Translations under genes and position numbers: made by a program
In this document: positions 45,731 through 54,399 of the stretch, one piece after another
Layout: each line of letters starts with the position of its first letter
Position numbering within the stretch: position 1 is the stretch's first letter
The notes under the pieces: generated by a model
What the model was told of the DNA's origin: nothing
What the model saw: only the letters and a program-made list of their open reading frames with translations
Databases searched by the model: none
Virus record (IMG/VR): IMGVR_UViG_2675903334_000001
Length of the DNA stretch: 64,000 nt
Direction: 5' to 3' (one strand)
From: a virus
Lineage: Duplodnaviria; Caudoviricetes

Positions 45731-46061
45731 GCGTATCCAGTTGCGGCGCACGAAGGGCTGGCGCAAGCCCGAAGGCGCCGTGACCGTCACGCGTGGAACC
45801 GACTGGGGCAACCCATTCCGCGTCGGCGACCAGTTCAGGATCGAGGCGCAGGGCACCCCGTTCTCGCCGGGCCAGTGGTACGCGTACGGCCACGACATCA
45901 CGCCCGAGATCGCCGTGCTGTTGTTCCGTATCTGGGTGATCGGACGACCCGGGCTCATTGAGCAGATTCGGGTGGAGCTTGGTGGCCGCGACCTCGCGTG
46001 CTGGTGCTCGCCGGATTCGCCGTGTCATGCCGACGTGTTACTGGAGCTTGCCAACCGATGA
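45723..46061 (+). CDS. DUF4326 protein
   Basis: RIQLRR...WGNPF...ELGGRDLACWC...CHADVLLELAN. Confidence 0.85.
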   Translation: MPERIQLRRTKGWRKPEGAVTVTRGTDWGNPFRVGDQFRIEAQGTPFSPGQWYAYGHDITPEIAVLLFRIWVIGRPGLIEQIRVELGGRDLACWCSPDSPCHADVLLELANR

Positions 46062-46339
46062 AGCAACCCCCCGAGCCCCTGGTCGTCGTGTGGCGCAACC
46101 GGATACCGCACCGCTGCGCGCTCATCTATTGGGGTCGCCGGTGGACGTCCATCGGGCGGATGTGTCGCCTAATGCCAACGTGGAGTGCACATGCGCCTGT
46201 CAACGGTGCTGAGTACACCTGCATCCGTCGCAACGGCTGGAGTGCGATCGCCATGTACAACGCGGACGGTTCGCCACTGATGTTCGGTGCGAAGACGAAC
46301 GACCCCGAGATCTCGATCGACGACTGGCCGATGCCATGA
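46058..46339 (+). CDS. Hypothetical protein
   Basis: ATGA coupled ORF. Confidence 0.5.
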   Translation: MKQPPEPLVVVWRNRIPHRCALIYWGRRWTSIGRMCRLMPTWSAHAPVNGAEYTCIRRNGWSAIAMYNADGSPLMFGAKTNDPEISIDDWPMP

Positions 46340-46464
46340 CCCGCACCCGTGAGAGCTCAGCCGCCTACCGCGCCGGTCTGTGCATCGACTGCCTGACCAA
46401 GCCGCACAGCCCCGGTCGGCCGCGGTGCGACGAATGCCATACGAAGTATCGGAGGGGTGCGTGA
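46336..46464 (+). repeat. 42-aa zinc-finger minigene, copy 2 of the 129-bp direct repeat
   Basis: MTRTRESSAAYRAGLCIDC...CDECHTKYRRGA. Confidence 0.9.
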
Positions 46465-46624
46465 TGTCAAGCGAACTGACCGATTTCGCACCCGTACGGC
46501 GCGTCATCCCAAGGAATCCATTTCTGAGCGACAGTAGGCGGAGCGGTCCGAAATTGAGGTGAGAAAGGGCATCTGCGGTGTCCCAGGCTGGGTACATGCA
46601 CGAAATCGTGAATCAGGAGAGGTA

Positions 46625-47455
46625 ATGCGTATCCGTTCCATCAAGCCCGAGTTCTGGCGCTCACAGGACATCAGCGCTATCGAGGACTGGGCCACGCGGC
46701 TGTTGTTCATCGGCTTGTGGTCGTACGTCGACGACAACGGGGTCGGTGTCGATCGGGTGTCGAACATCGCCGCGGACTTGTTCGCCGACGACTTGGAGCG
46801 AGACCCTAGCGAGACATTCGCGAGGGTTTCGCGAGGGTTGCAGCAACTTGCCGAACGGTTTTCCATTGTTCGTTATGAGGTCGCCGGGCGGTCATTTCTG
46901 TTCGTCAACGGGTGGGCGGAGCATCAACGCATCGATCACCCGAATGTTCCTCGGTATCCGTTGCCTGACGGCACGATTGCCCATCCGACCAGCGAAAAGC
47001 CTTCCCGTTCGCGAAGTTCGGCGAAATCCTCGCGAAAGTCTCGCGAGACCCTAGCGCCTGGAACAGGGGAACAGGGGAACAGGGGAACAGAACAAAAGAG
47101 AGAGAACGCGCGCGAGCGCGACGCCGATCCGCTCACGCCCGTCGAGCCGATCGCCCCACCGCTGTCGGTGATCCCGGACGACTGGGAGCCGAACCTGGTT
47201 CACCGATCCAAAGCCAAGGCGCTCGGCATCACCGATCTCGACGGCGCCGCCGAGTCGTTCCGGAACCACGCCCTGATGCAGGGCCGCATCGTGGCCAACT
47301 GGGACGCCGCGTTCGCATCCTGGCTCGCATCGCCGAAAACCGCGGCTGCCGAACGAGACCGCAAGGCGGCCAACGGTCCCGCCCAGTCGACCTCCGACCT
47401 GCGCGTTGCCCAAGCCCAAGCACTCAAGTCGAACGGTCGATTGGAGCTGGAATGA
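46625..47455 (+). CDS. Replication initiator (replisome organizer)
   Basis: MRIRSIKPEFW N-motif, LFIGLWSYVDDNG, internal repeats. Confidence 0.82.
   Translation: MRIRSIKPEFWRSQDISAIEDWATRLLFIGLWSYVDDNGVGVDRVSNIAADLFADDLERDPSETFARVSRGLQQLAERFSIVRYEVAGRSFLFVNGWAEHQRIDHPNVPRYPLPDGTIAHPTSEKPSRSRSSAKSSRKSRETLAPGTGEQGNRGTEQKRENARERDADPLTPVEPIAPPLSVIPDDWEPNLVHRSKAKALGITDLDGAAESFRNHALMQGRIVANWDAAFASWLASPKTAAAERDRKAANGPAQSTSDLRVAQAQALKSNGRLELE
46800..47090. repeat. Candidate replication origin (iterons) inside the initiator gene
   Basis: GAGACCCTAGCG at 46800 and 47045; five TCGCGA; GAACAGGG x3 plus a partial copy at 47061-47090; A-rich tract follows. Confidence 0.6.
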
Positions 47456-47985
47456 CCCGCGACGAGGTGATCGACGTGCTGACCGCCGTCGTGGCCGCAG
47501 ACCGGCGCACGGTGGGCAAGGCCGATGTCGACGTGTGGCAGGCCGTGATTGGCGATCTGCCGTTCGACATGGCGGTCAACGCCGTGCGAGATCACCTGCG
47601 CGAGTGCCCGGATGTCTGGCTGCAGCCCGGCCACATCTACGCCCGCGTCAAGGCCAAGCGCCGCGACGAGCTCGCCCGCGAAAGTGCCGACGACCGCCGG
47701 GCCCGCGAGGACCAGCGCGACCTCGCCCTGGAAGCACGCAACCGTGAGCGGCTCGGCGAGCTCGTCGAAGCCGTTGGCAAGCCCCTGCGCCAGTTCGTCC
47801 GTCCGAGTGTGGGATCCGGCCCGGCGCACCCCGAGATGGCCATCAGGTGCCCGTGGGTGTCGTGTCGTGCGAAGGCTGGCCACCCGTGCGTCAACCACGA
47901 CGGCAAGCCCCTCAAGGGCGGCGCGTTCCACCCCTCACGAACCGAGGCTGTAGAGCCCGCAGAACATCCACCCCTTACCGGATAG
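47452..47985 (+). CDS. Helicase loader/inhibitor-like protein with C-terminal zinc finger
   Basis: DVWQAVIGDLPFDMAVNAVRDH...PGHI; CPWVSC...CVN. Confidence 0.65.
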   Translation: MTRDEVIDVLTAVVAADRRTVGKADVDVWQAVIGDLPFDMAVNAVRDHLRECPDVWLQPGHIYARVKAKRRDELARESADDRRAREDQRDLALEARNRERLGELVEAVGKPLRQFVRPSVGSGPAHPEMAIRCPWVSCRAKAGHPCVNHDGKPLKGGAFHPSRTEAVEPAEHPPLTG

Positions 47986-48054
47986 TCACCAACCCCCCGA
48001 ACGCCCACCAGCGTTCACCACAGCCCCAGGAATCGATATGCGAACGGAGACACG

Positions 48055-48420
48055 ATGACCCAGAAAGCAAGCCCCGAGTGGTTCACCTGCCCCGGACTGA
48101 CGGACGGCGACCGCGTGGCCGTGCAGCTCGACGACGGCACGCTGGCCGAGGGCTACTGGTACGACGACGCGGTGCACGACGAGCCGCGAGCTGGCAGGTC
48201 GGCCAACCCACACTTCGGACGCGGCGACAGCACCGAGCCCTGGCGCATCGAGTTCGCCAGGGCGTTCTGGCCGAACCGTCCACCGGCGCCGTGGCGGATC
48301 CGCAAGCGCGATGGGGAGTGGCGCATCGAGAAGCGTCAGACGCACGGATATGAGACCTGGTGCCGATTCGACACCAGCACCGAAGCGTTCGCGGCATTCG
48401 CGGCCGGGTGTGTGCGATGA
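48055..48420 (+). CDS. Hypothetical protein
   Basis: RBS GGAG; PWRIRKRDGEWRIEK. Confidence 0.6.
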   Translation: MTQKASPEWFTCPGLTDGDRVAVQLDDGTLAEGYWYDDAVHDEPRAGRSANPHFGRGDSTEPWRIEFARAFWPNRPPAPWRIRKRDGEWRIEKRQTHGYETWCRFDTSTEAFAAFAAGCVR

Positions 48421-48587
48421 ACACTCTGGTAATCCTTTGGCACGAACTGGTTCTCCGTCACGGAGCGATATGGGTCGAGTTCGGGAAGTCGAACACCTCC
48501 AGAAGGCACGGTGTTGTCGTCGAATGCCCCTGCGGTAAGCGCTGGCTGGCCCGCGCACCGTGGTTTAGGTCGGGCGGTGCGCGTTGA
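48417..48587 (+). CDS. Small hypothetical protein
   Basis: ATGA coupled; CPCG. Confidence 0.45.
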   Translation: MNTLVILWHELVLRHGAIWVEFGKSNTSRRHGVVVECPCGKRWLARAPWFRSGGAR

Positions 48588-48733
48588 GGCACGGCGACGC
48601 TGACCGGATGGTGCAGATGTGTGTGCACCTCGGTATGCCGCTACAGCCCTGGCAGCGCCGCCTACTCCAGCAGATCGAACAGATCGATATCGATGTCCAA
48701 TTCACCGAAATGGTAAGGGGATTCAACCGTTGA
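48584..48733 (+). CDS. 49-aa hypothetical protein
   Basis: TTGA overlaps at both ends; LGMPLQPWQRRLL. Confidence 0.45.
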   Translation: MRHGDADRMVQMCVHLGMPLQPWQRRLLQQIEQIDIDVQFTEMVRGFNR

Positions 48734-49932
48734 CCAAGTGCAAGCGTTGTGAGCGCGCAACCGATCTGTTTGTATGCAAGGCCTGCATATCGGAGCTGCG
48801 CAAGCGGCTGGCCGACCTGCCATGGTGGCTCGATCGACTCACGGAGACCGCCGTCGGGCAGGCGAACCTTGGGGATGGGGCCCGCAAGGGCGAGGGTCGG
48901 GACGTGCTGCATGGCGACGACACGCTCGTGAGCCACGTCGAGCCGTTTCCGCGCGACAAGGACACCACCCCAACTCCGAGGGACCACCGGGACCGGCACC
49001 AGGCCGCACTCTGGCATGCCCTGGCGCTCGGCCGCGTCAACGGACGCGCCAGCGACGAGCTGGACAGGATCGGCAACGCGTTGTCGACCACGATCCGAGA
49101 CATGTGCGAAACACGCGGGATCGAGGTGCCCGAGTTCCGCACGAGGCCAACGCCGTTGCCAATCGGCGAGCTGGAGAGCACGCCGCCGGTTGAGTTCAAC
49201 GTCGATTCCGCGCCGCCCGCCCGGGCCGGCGCATGTCGGCGTTGCTTCGTGACACTGCCGACCTCGGTGTCAGGGCCCTTGTGTGACGACTGCGACGGCG
49301 CCCCGGAGCTGCAGACGCCGGACGAAGCCCCCGCGGCCAAGCTGCGCGTGACCTACGCCGGAAGGCGCGGAGAGGACACACTCTCGATCGCGACGACCGC
49401 GCGAATGGCCAAGTGGCTGTACAACCACGCCGCCGATATTGCCCTGCAGGAGAACGGCGCCGAGATCTGCGACGAGATCGAGCACGTGTACCGAGCTGCG
49501 GCCCGGGTGGTCAACCGGCCACCAGAGCCAATGACCCTGGGGCCGTGTATCACCGACCCGGCGCCCGGCAAGGTGCTAAAGGAGCGAGCCGAGAAGGGCG
49601 ACAGCACGACCCGGTGCGGGTATGCACTCATGGCGCCAAGTCACAGCGGCACGATCGTGTGCCCGCAATGCGACACCGCGCATGTCGTGGCCGATGTGCT
49701 GGCCCGCAACCTCGGCGAGCTCGACGATCGCAATGCCACCGTGCGCGAGCTCGTCGACGTGGTGCTGCCTCGCCTCGACGAGCACGTGCCGCAGCGGACG
49801 ATCGAACGCTGGATACAGAACGGGCAGGTGCCGGTCCGCGGATACGACGCCCACGGTCACCAGATGGTTCGCATAGGCGACGTACGCACGGTGCGTGCCG
49901 AGCGGCCCCGCAACGCCAGGGAGCGTGGGTGA
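48730..49932 (+). CDS. Multi-zinc-finger protein with C-terminal HTH (possible late regulator)
   Basis: Several CxxC pairs; QRTIERWIQNGQV HTH; TTG start inferred. Confidence 0.7.
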   Translation: MTKCKRCERATDLFVCKACISELRKRLADLPWWLDRLTETAVGQANLGDGARKGEGRDVLHGDDTLVSHVEPFPRDKDTTPTPRDHRDRHQAALWHALALGRVNGRASDELDRIGNALSTTIRDMCETRGIEVPEFRTRPTPLPIGELESTPPVEFNVDSAPPARAGACRRCFVTLPTSVSGPLCDDCDGAPELQTPDEAPAAKLRVTYAGRRGEDTLSIATTARMAKWLYNHAADIALQENGAEICDEIEHVYRAAARVVNRPPEPMTLGPCITDPAPGKVLKERAEKGDSTTRCGYALMAPSHSGTIVCPQCDTAHVVADVLARNLGELDDRNATVRELVDVVLPRLDEHVPQRTIERWIQNGQVPVRGYDAHGHQMVRIGDVRTVRAERPRNARERG

Positions 49933-50025
49933 ACTGAAGAAGTCGAAGTGTCGGACCCAACCCGCATACTTCGGCCAAGCGCACTCCAACACCGTTAGGA
50001 GGACGCATAACCCACGGGAGCACGC

Positions 50026-51066
50026 ATGGAGTTACCGGCCAATTCAATCGACAGTGCAGGAAAAGGCCCCCACTCGCCACTGGAGCGATTCATGCTCAGC
50101 GTCCGAAGCTTGGTAGACACAGCTAAGACCTACTACCGGTGGCAGAAGGAGGTCGGCGATCACCTGAGGGCACAAGGCCAGGCCGCCAAGTTCTACCGTG
50201 CTTTACCGCTGCTTTTATTTAGCTATTTACTTTTGATCGCCTCGCCCTGGATGCTAAACGTGACCGCGATGAAGATTGCCGAACTTGAGGTGATTCACAT
50301 TCCTCGTCTGTTCGCGCGGGTTAGTGGCGACCTGGCATTCTATCCGAATGGTTATTCCTTACTGGGGGCGATAATATATCTGCCAGTTCTCGTAGTATTC
50401 GCGCGGAAGAAAATCTCACCGCATATCCGAGATTCATCTGGCTGGCGCAAAGCGGGGTATTGCATAGCCCTGCTTCTTTACACCGTATGGTCCGCCCTAC
50501 TGCTATTCGCCGTCGCACGAATGGGGCTGCTGTTCGGCATCCAGTTCATGCTATCCACAGTACTTTGGATACTGATACTGTGCTTCTGGCTCACTCAGAT
50601 CGGAATATACTTACTCACATTCACTACATGGTTCTGGATTATGAAGATTGTTTCAATCTATAAACCATGGCTTGGCCTAGCAATAACTGGGCTGGCTTTC
50701 TATTATGGTGTGAACATAGCCCGCTTTCTCGCGGATGCTTCAAAGTTTGCATACCCCGCCAATCTCCACCACCTGTTCGGTGTTATTAGCGTCAGTGTGG
50801 TAGCTATCCAGTGGTATGCGACTGTCTGTAATTCCGTGGCCACGGCTATACCGTGGATTGTTAAATTCCGCATTGTTCTAGGGCTGCGGCGCGAGGGAGA
50901 TTCATTCCGTGAAGGCTCCTACTACCAGCGATGGTGCAACCAGGACCGGGACGAGTGGCCAACGGTTCGACAGGCTGTTATCGATGGGTGGAGGACGCGA
51001 GGCGAAAAATCAGACTCCAACCTCTGGCAGGTGACCCGTGAGGCATTTCGGGAGGTATTCCACTAA
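50026..51066 (+). CDS. Low-GC polytopic membrane protein of unknown function (moron)
   Basis: About 7-8 hydrophobic segments; visibly AT-rich codons (TTA, ATA, TAT). Confidence 0.75.
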   Translation: MELPANSIDSAGKGPHSPLERFMLSVRSLVDTAKTYYRWQKEVGDHLRAQGQAAKFYRALPLLLFSYLLLIASPWMLNVTAMKIAELEVIHIPRLFARVSGDLAFYPNGYSLLGAIIYLPVLVVFARKKISPHIRDSSGWRKAGYCIALLLYTVWSALLLFAVARMGLLFGIQFMLSTVLWILILCFWLTQIGIYLLTFTTWFWIMKIVSIYKPWLGLAITGLAFYYGVNIARFLADASKFAYPANLHHLFGVISVSVVAIQWYATVCNSVATAIPWIVKFRIVLGLRREGDSFREGSYYQRWCNQDRDEWPTVRQAVIDGWRTRGEKSDSNLWQVTREAFREVFH

Positions 51067-51111
51067 ACGTGCATCAGGGCGATTTCGGCCCCCTGGCGTA
51101 GAACCAGCCCC

Positions 51112-51434
51112 ATGGACGCGCGCAAGGCCATCGGCGAGATCATCGAGAGGCATCCCGAACCTGTTCAGCCTCACGCGCAAGGTGACCGTCGGTGCCGAAT
51201 GTCGGCAACCTGCGCCTGCGCGTAGACGATGGTCGCGATCTAGCCTTGTCCGTGTACCGATCACCGCGCGACCGTGGGCTGACGGCGAAGTGCGTATCTT
51301 CGCCACGGGGCGACGAGGTGGCCATAGCCAACGTCCCGTCCATCCTTCCCATGCAGGATGCCCCCGCCCTAGCCTCGGCGCTCGCGGCCGCACACACTGC
51401 ATGGCAGCGCAACAAGCGCGGTGATGCTCACTGA
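51112..51434 (+). pseudogene. Frameshifted remnant of a conserved phage gene
   Basis: MDARKAIGEIIE, IPNLFSLTRKVTVGAE...VRVPITARPWADGEVRI and SPRGDEVAIANVP...ALASALAAAH lie in three successive frames, joined by apparent +1 insertions near 51149 and 51300. Confidence 0.55.
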
Positions 51435-52378
51435 TTACGGGGCGTTAGCTTGTTCGATTTGGTTCGGTTGCAGCGCCAGCACAGCGTCTGCAGGTTCTCC
51501 ACGGCTGTCATGCCGCCCTTGGATACCGGAATGATGTGGTCCACCTCAAGAAGGAGGTGCGGCTCAGCGGCGAGGGACACCGAACAAGATTGGCACGTGT
51601 AGTTGTCTCGGGACTTGATGGTTGCGCGCAGTCTGGAGGTCATCATGGCGCGCTGCCCGGCGACGCTCTTTCGCCATCGGATCTTCTGCGAAAGGGTTTC
51701 TACGAGCACGTCGATCGTTGGGGCATTCAACGTGATGGTGGCTCGCTGAGAGCTATTTCCGCCCGCGCTGACGTACTCAAAAATGTACACGGGGTACGGA
51801 ACGGTAATCGTTGACAGGTTCACCCCCACATGCCGCATGAACGCATCCTTGTAGAGCCAGAGAATAAACGCCGGCGGGTTGATCGATTCGGTGATGACCT
51901 GCTCGCGCTGTTGAAGGTTGGCGAGGGCGGCTTCGAGTCGGGTGATGCTATTACCTAGATCTTCGGCCTGGGCGAGTTGGGTCTCATTTGGCTTGATGTT
52001 GAAGTACTTCATCAAGTACTTGAGGGGGTCGGCGCTAGCGTTGCGCACGACTTGCAGCGAGCAGTTGTGCACGTTAGGTGCTTGATAGCTCGCCATATTT
52101 CGGTCGCGGTGGTAGTTCCAATGGCTAGTGTTCTGGAACGATGCGAGGTGCGCATGCATGCCCGTGGGCGAGAAGCCGAGTTGGAATAATCCCTTGCTGC
52201 GAATTTCCTGGGTGTAGGCGGCAAGTTCGTTGTGCTCTGCGACGAATGTCGCGATGTTGTTCTTGTGCGCCAAGAACTCTGGGCTACGGAAGTACACCTC
52301 TCTGAGGATGAACGTAACAGCCCAGAACAAGCCGAATGCCCCCACGAGGACAGCGGCAATCGTAATAATGGCATCCAT
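51428..52378 (-). CDS. N-terminally membrane-anchored HNH endonuclease
   Basis: TM 3-25; C-terminal RDNYTCQSC...EVDHIIPVSKGG...NLQTLCWRCN. Confidence 0.88.
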   Translation of the reverse strand: MDAIITIAAVLVGAFGLFWAVTFILREVYFRSPEFLAHKNNIATFVAEHNELAAYTQEIRSKGLFQLGFSPTGMHAHLASFQNTSHWNYHRDRNMASYQAPNVHNCSLQVVRNASADPLKYLMKYFNIKPNETQLAQAEDLGNSITRLEAALANLQQREQVITESINPPAFILWLYKDAFMRHVGVNLSTITVPYPVYIFEYVSAGGNSSQRATITLNAPTIDVLVETLSQKIRWRKSVAGQRAMMTSRLRATIKSRDNYTCQSCSVSLAAEPHLLLEVDHIIPVSKGGMTAVENLQTLCWRCNRTKSNKLTPRNQ

Positions 52379-52603
52379 ACCCGTCCGCGATCCTCACATG
52401 CGTTCCGTTGAACGCTTGGAACTGTAGCGACGCACGGCGCTAATTTCCGGGCCTTCCTGAAATCAAGCTTTTGATCAGGCCGGGAGTGCCGGCGGCCCAG
52501 CGCCTCGCGTGCGACACGCTGGGCCTTGGATAGCCCTCCCGACCTGCGCGTATGGCAAAATGGCGCTCAACATGTCGGTGGGACCACTATGTCCGCTGCA
52601 TGA

Positions 52604-52626
52604 AAACCCCGGCCTAGCTGGGGTTT
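52604..52626 (-). terminator. Intrinsic terminator downstream of the DUF2188-like gene
   Basis: AAACCCCGG-cctag-CTGGGGTTT hairpin with A/T runs on both sides. Confidence 0.65.
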
Positions 52627-52649
52627 CTTCGTTGTACGGGGTGGCCTCG

Positions 52650-52889
52650 CTAGCCCTTTGACCGGCGCGGGTCATTCCCCGGCGGCACGGTGTTCTTCTC
52701 GCGGACCTTGCCCTTCTTGTCGTGGATCAAAAGCTCGCCGCCACCGAGGTTCCCGACAATCTCCTTGGCGCGTTTCTCCGCGTCGACCTGACGGTCGAAA
52801 TGTCCGCTGGACCTCTCCGCGTCGGCCTTCTTGACATCCCAGCCGCCATCCGGGTTGGGCACGACATGTCGATCGTTTGGATTGCTCAC
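52650..52889 (-). CDS. DUF2188-like small protein
   Basis: RHVVPNPDGGWDVK...ELLIHDKKGKVRE..T...GNDP; RBS GGAGG before GTG. Confidence 0.8.
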   Translation of the reverse strand: MSNPNDRHVVPNPDGGWDVKKADAERSSGHFDRQVDAEKRAKEIVGNLGGGELLIHDKKGKVREKNTVPPGNDPRRSKG

Positions 52890-53020
52890 CGCACGGCCTC
52901 CCTCTGCTGATCTTGATCGGTGAGCGGAGCGTACGCAGGCGGGCTGCCACGTCGAGGCGAATTCGCACAACCAAATGCGCACGTTCCGCCGTGCGTGCTC
53001 CGACAGCCCGGGAGATCACC

Positions 53021-53230
53021 ATGAAACGCACCATTGCCCGCGCACTGCGCAGGCTTGCCGACAAGCTTGATCCGGCAGGCCAGCGCACCAGCGTCACGAA
53101 CATCACCGTCAACAGCACTCACTGCACCATCGATGACGCAGAGCGCCGCCTAAGGGATGCGTACGCGAGGATGTCCGCCGCAGGGAAGGCTGACGGCGAA
53201 CAGCTCTCGCGGCGCATGCGGGATCTCTGA
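53021..53230 (+). CDS. Hypothetical protein
   Basis: RBS GGGAG; MKRTIARALRRLADKLDP. Confidence 0.6.
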   Translation: MKRTIARALRRLADKLDPAGQRTSVTNITVNSTHCTIDDAERRLRDAYARMSAAGKADGEQLSRRMRDL

Positions 53231-53631
53231 TGACCAACCAGCTGTTGGTGGATCTGCTCACCCGCACGTTGGCATCCGGTGCACTACCGCATCCCGGCGA
53301 TGCGAATTCGGGCCCGCGGACTATCCCAATTCCCGGGTTCCGCACAACCGGGATGTCCGATGAGCAAGCCGAGGAAATGGTCGGCCAGGCCGCCAAGATG
53401 TGGGCCGAGGCACTGGAGTCGGTCATCACCGCCGAGTTCGTGACGCTCACGAAAGCCGATGCGGCGCAGCTGCGCCAGGACGCCGCAGAAGCGCCGGACG
53501 GCACACGCATCGTCACGCTGTGGGACCGCGCCGACCATCAGCGCACCAATCCCCTGCTGGTGCTCACCGTCGGCAAGACCAATGACGTGACGATCGATGC
53601 CCGCCTTCTGAGAAAGATTGCAGCCCCATGA
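53230..53631 (+). CDS. Hypothetical protein
   Basis: TGATG coupled ORF. Confidence 0.65.
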   Translation: MTNQLLVDLLTRTLASGALPHPGDANSGPRTIPIPGFRTTGMSDEQAEEMVGQAAKMWAEALESVITAEFVTLTKADAAQLRQDAAEAPDGTRIVTLWDRADHQRTNPLLVLTVGKTNDVTIDARLLRKIAAP

Positions 53632-54026
53632 GTCATATCAAGATCACCGTTGACGGCAAGACCCTGATGGACGCCGACCCTGGCACCTGGCGCGCGACGC
53701 CGCCCAACCTCCCCGACCTCAAGCGTCAATCAGGCGGGCAGGGTTGGGGTCTGGCTGTCATGGCCACCCTTGCCCAGACGGCGACGCTCGCCGGGCTGGG
53801 ACAGCCCACCGGCAACACCACGATGACCATCACCACCCACGCCAAGGGTTGGACGCTCGATGTCGAGCAGGACGGCAGCGAGCCATCCGTCGTACCCGCG
53901 CAGGTCATGCCATCGCCGACCGCCCCGCCTGCCCGCGCCGAGGCCGACACAAGCCCCGGGCGCCAAGGGTTCTCGCCGGATGTGCTGACCATGGATGAGC
54001 CCTATGTCGCCGAGGCCCGGCCGTAA
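53628..54026 (+). CDS. Hypothetical protein
   Basis: ATGA coupled ORF. Confidence 0.6.
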   Translation: MSHIKITVDGKTLMDADPGTWRATPPNLPDLKRQSGGQGWGLAVMATLAQTATLAGLGQPTGNTTMTITTHAKGWTLDVEQDGSEPSVVPAQVMPSPTAPPARAEADTSPGRQGFSPDVLTMDEPYVAEARP

Positions 54027-54399
54027 GGCCAGCACCACCGATCGCGGTCTGGGCTGGAAACACCAACAGCACGCCGAGGGCCTGCTACGTCGCCACGTCG
54101 ACGGCACGCTGTGCTGGTGGTGCGCACTGCCCATGTTCAAAGCGCCCTTGCTGGAACGCAACTGGGACCGCAAGCAGCTGGCCGCTGACCATAGCCAGGC
54201 TCGGGCATTCGGTGGGCAACGCGCCGATCGGCTGCTGCACGGCGTATGCAACAGCCAACGCCAAGACGGCCGCCACGACGCCCACCGGCCCGCGGTACTC
54301 GACGTTCACCCCTCGCAGTGGTCGACAGCCCTTGCGACACTGGGCATCACCACCGCCGCGGCCATCGTCACTGCCGACAACCTGGCGATGGACTGGTGA
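54004..54399 (+). CDS. Packaging-associated HNH endonuclease
   Basis: RGLGWKHQ, CWWC, ADH...LLHGVCN; sits upstream of cos/terS. Confidence 0.75.
   Translation: MSPRPGRKASTTDRGLGWKHQQHAEGLLRRHVDGTLCWWCALPMFKAPLLERNWDRKQLAADHSQARAFGGQRADRLLHGVCNSQRQDGRHDAHRPAVLDVHPSQWSTALATLGITTAAAIVTADNLAMDW

Noticed and set aside
47061-47090. CRISPR-like or VNTR array
   Set aside because: 8-bp tandem unit with no spacers, inside a coding region; fits iterons. No CRISPR array or cas gene is seen anywhere in the window.
52444-52450. TTTCCGG as a dispersed repressor operator (also 63041)
   Set aside because: Seven bp is too short to be significant in 64 kb of GC-rich DNA, and spacing differs from the switch palindrome.
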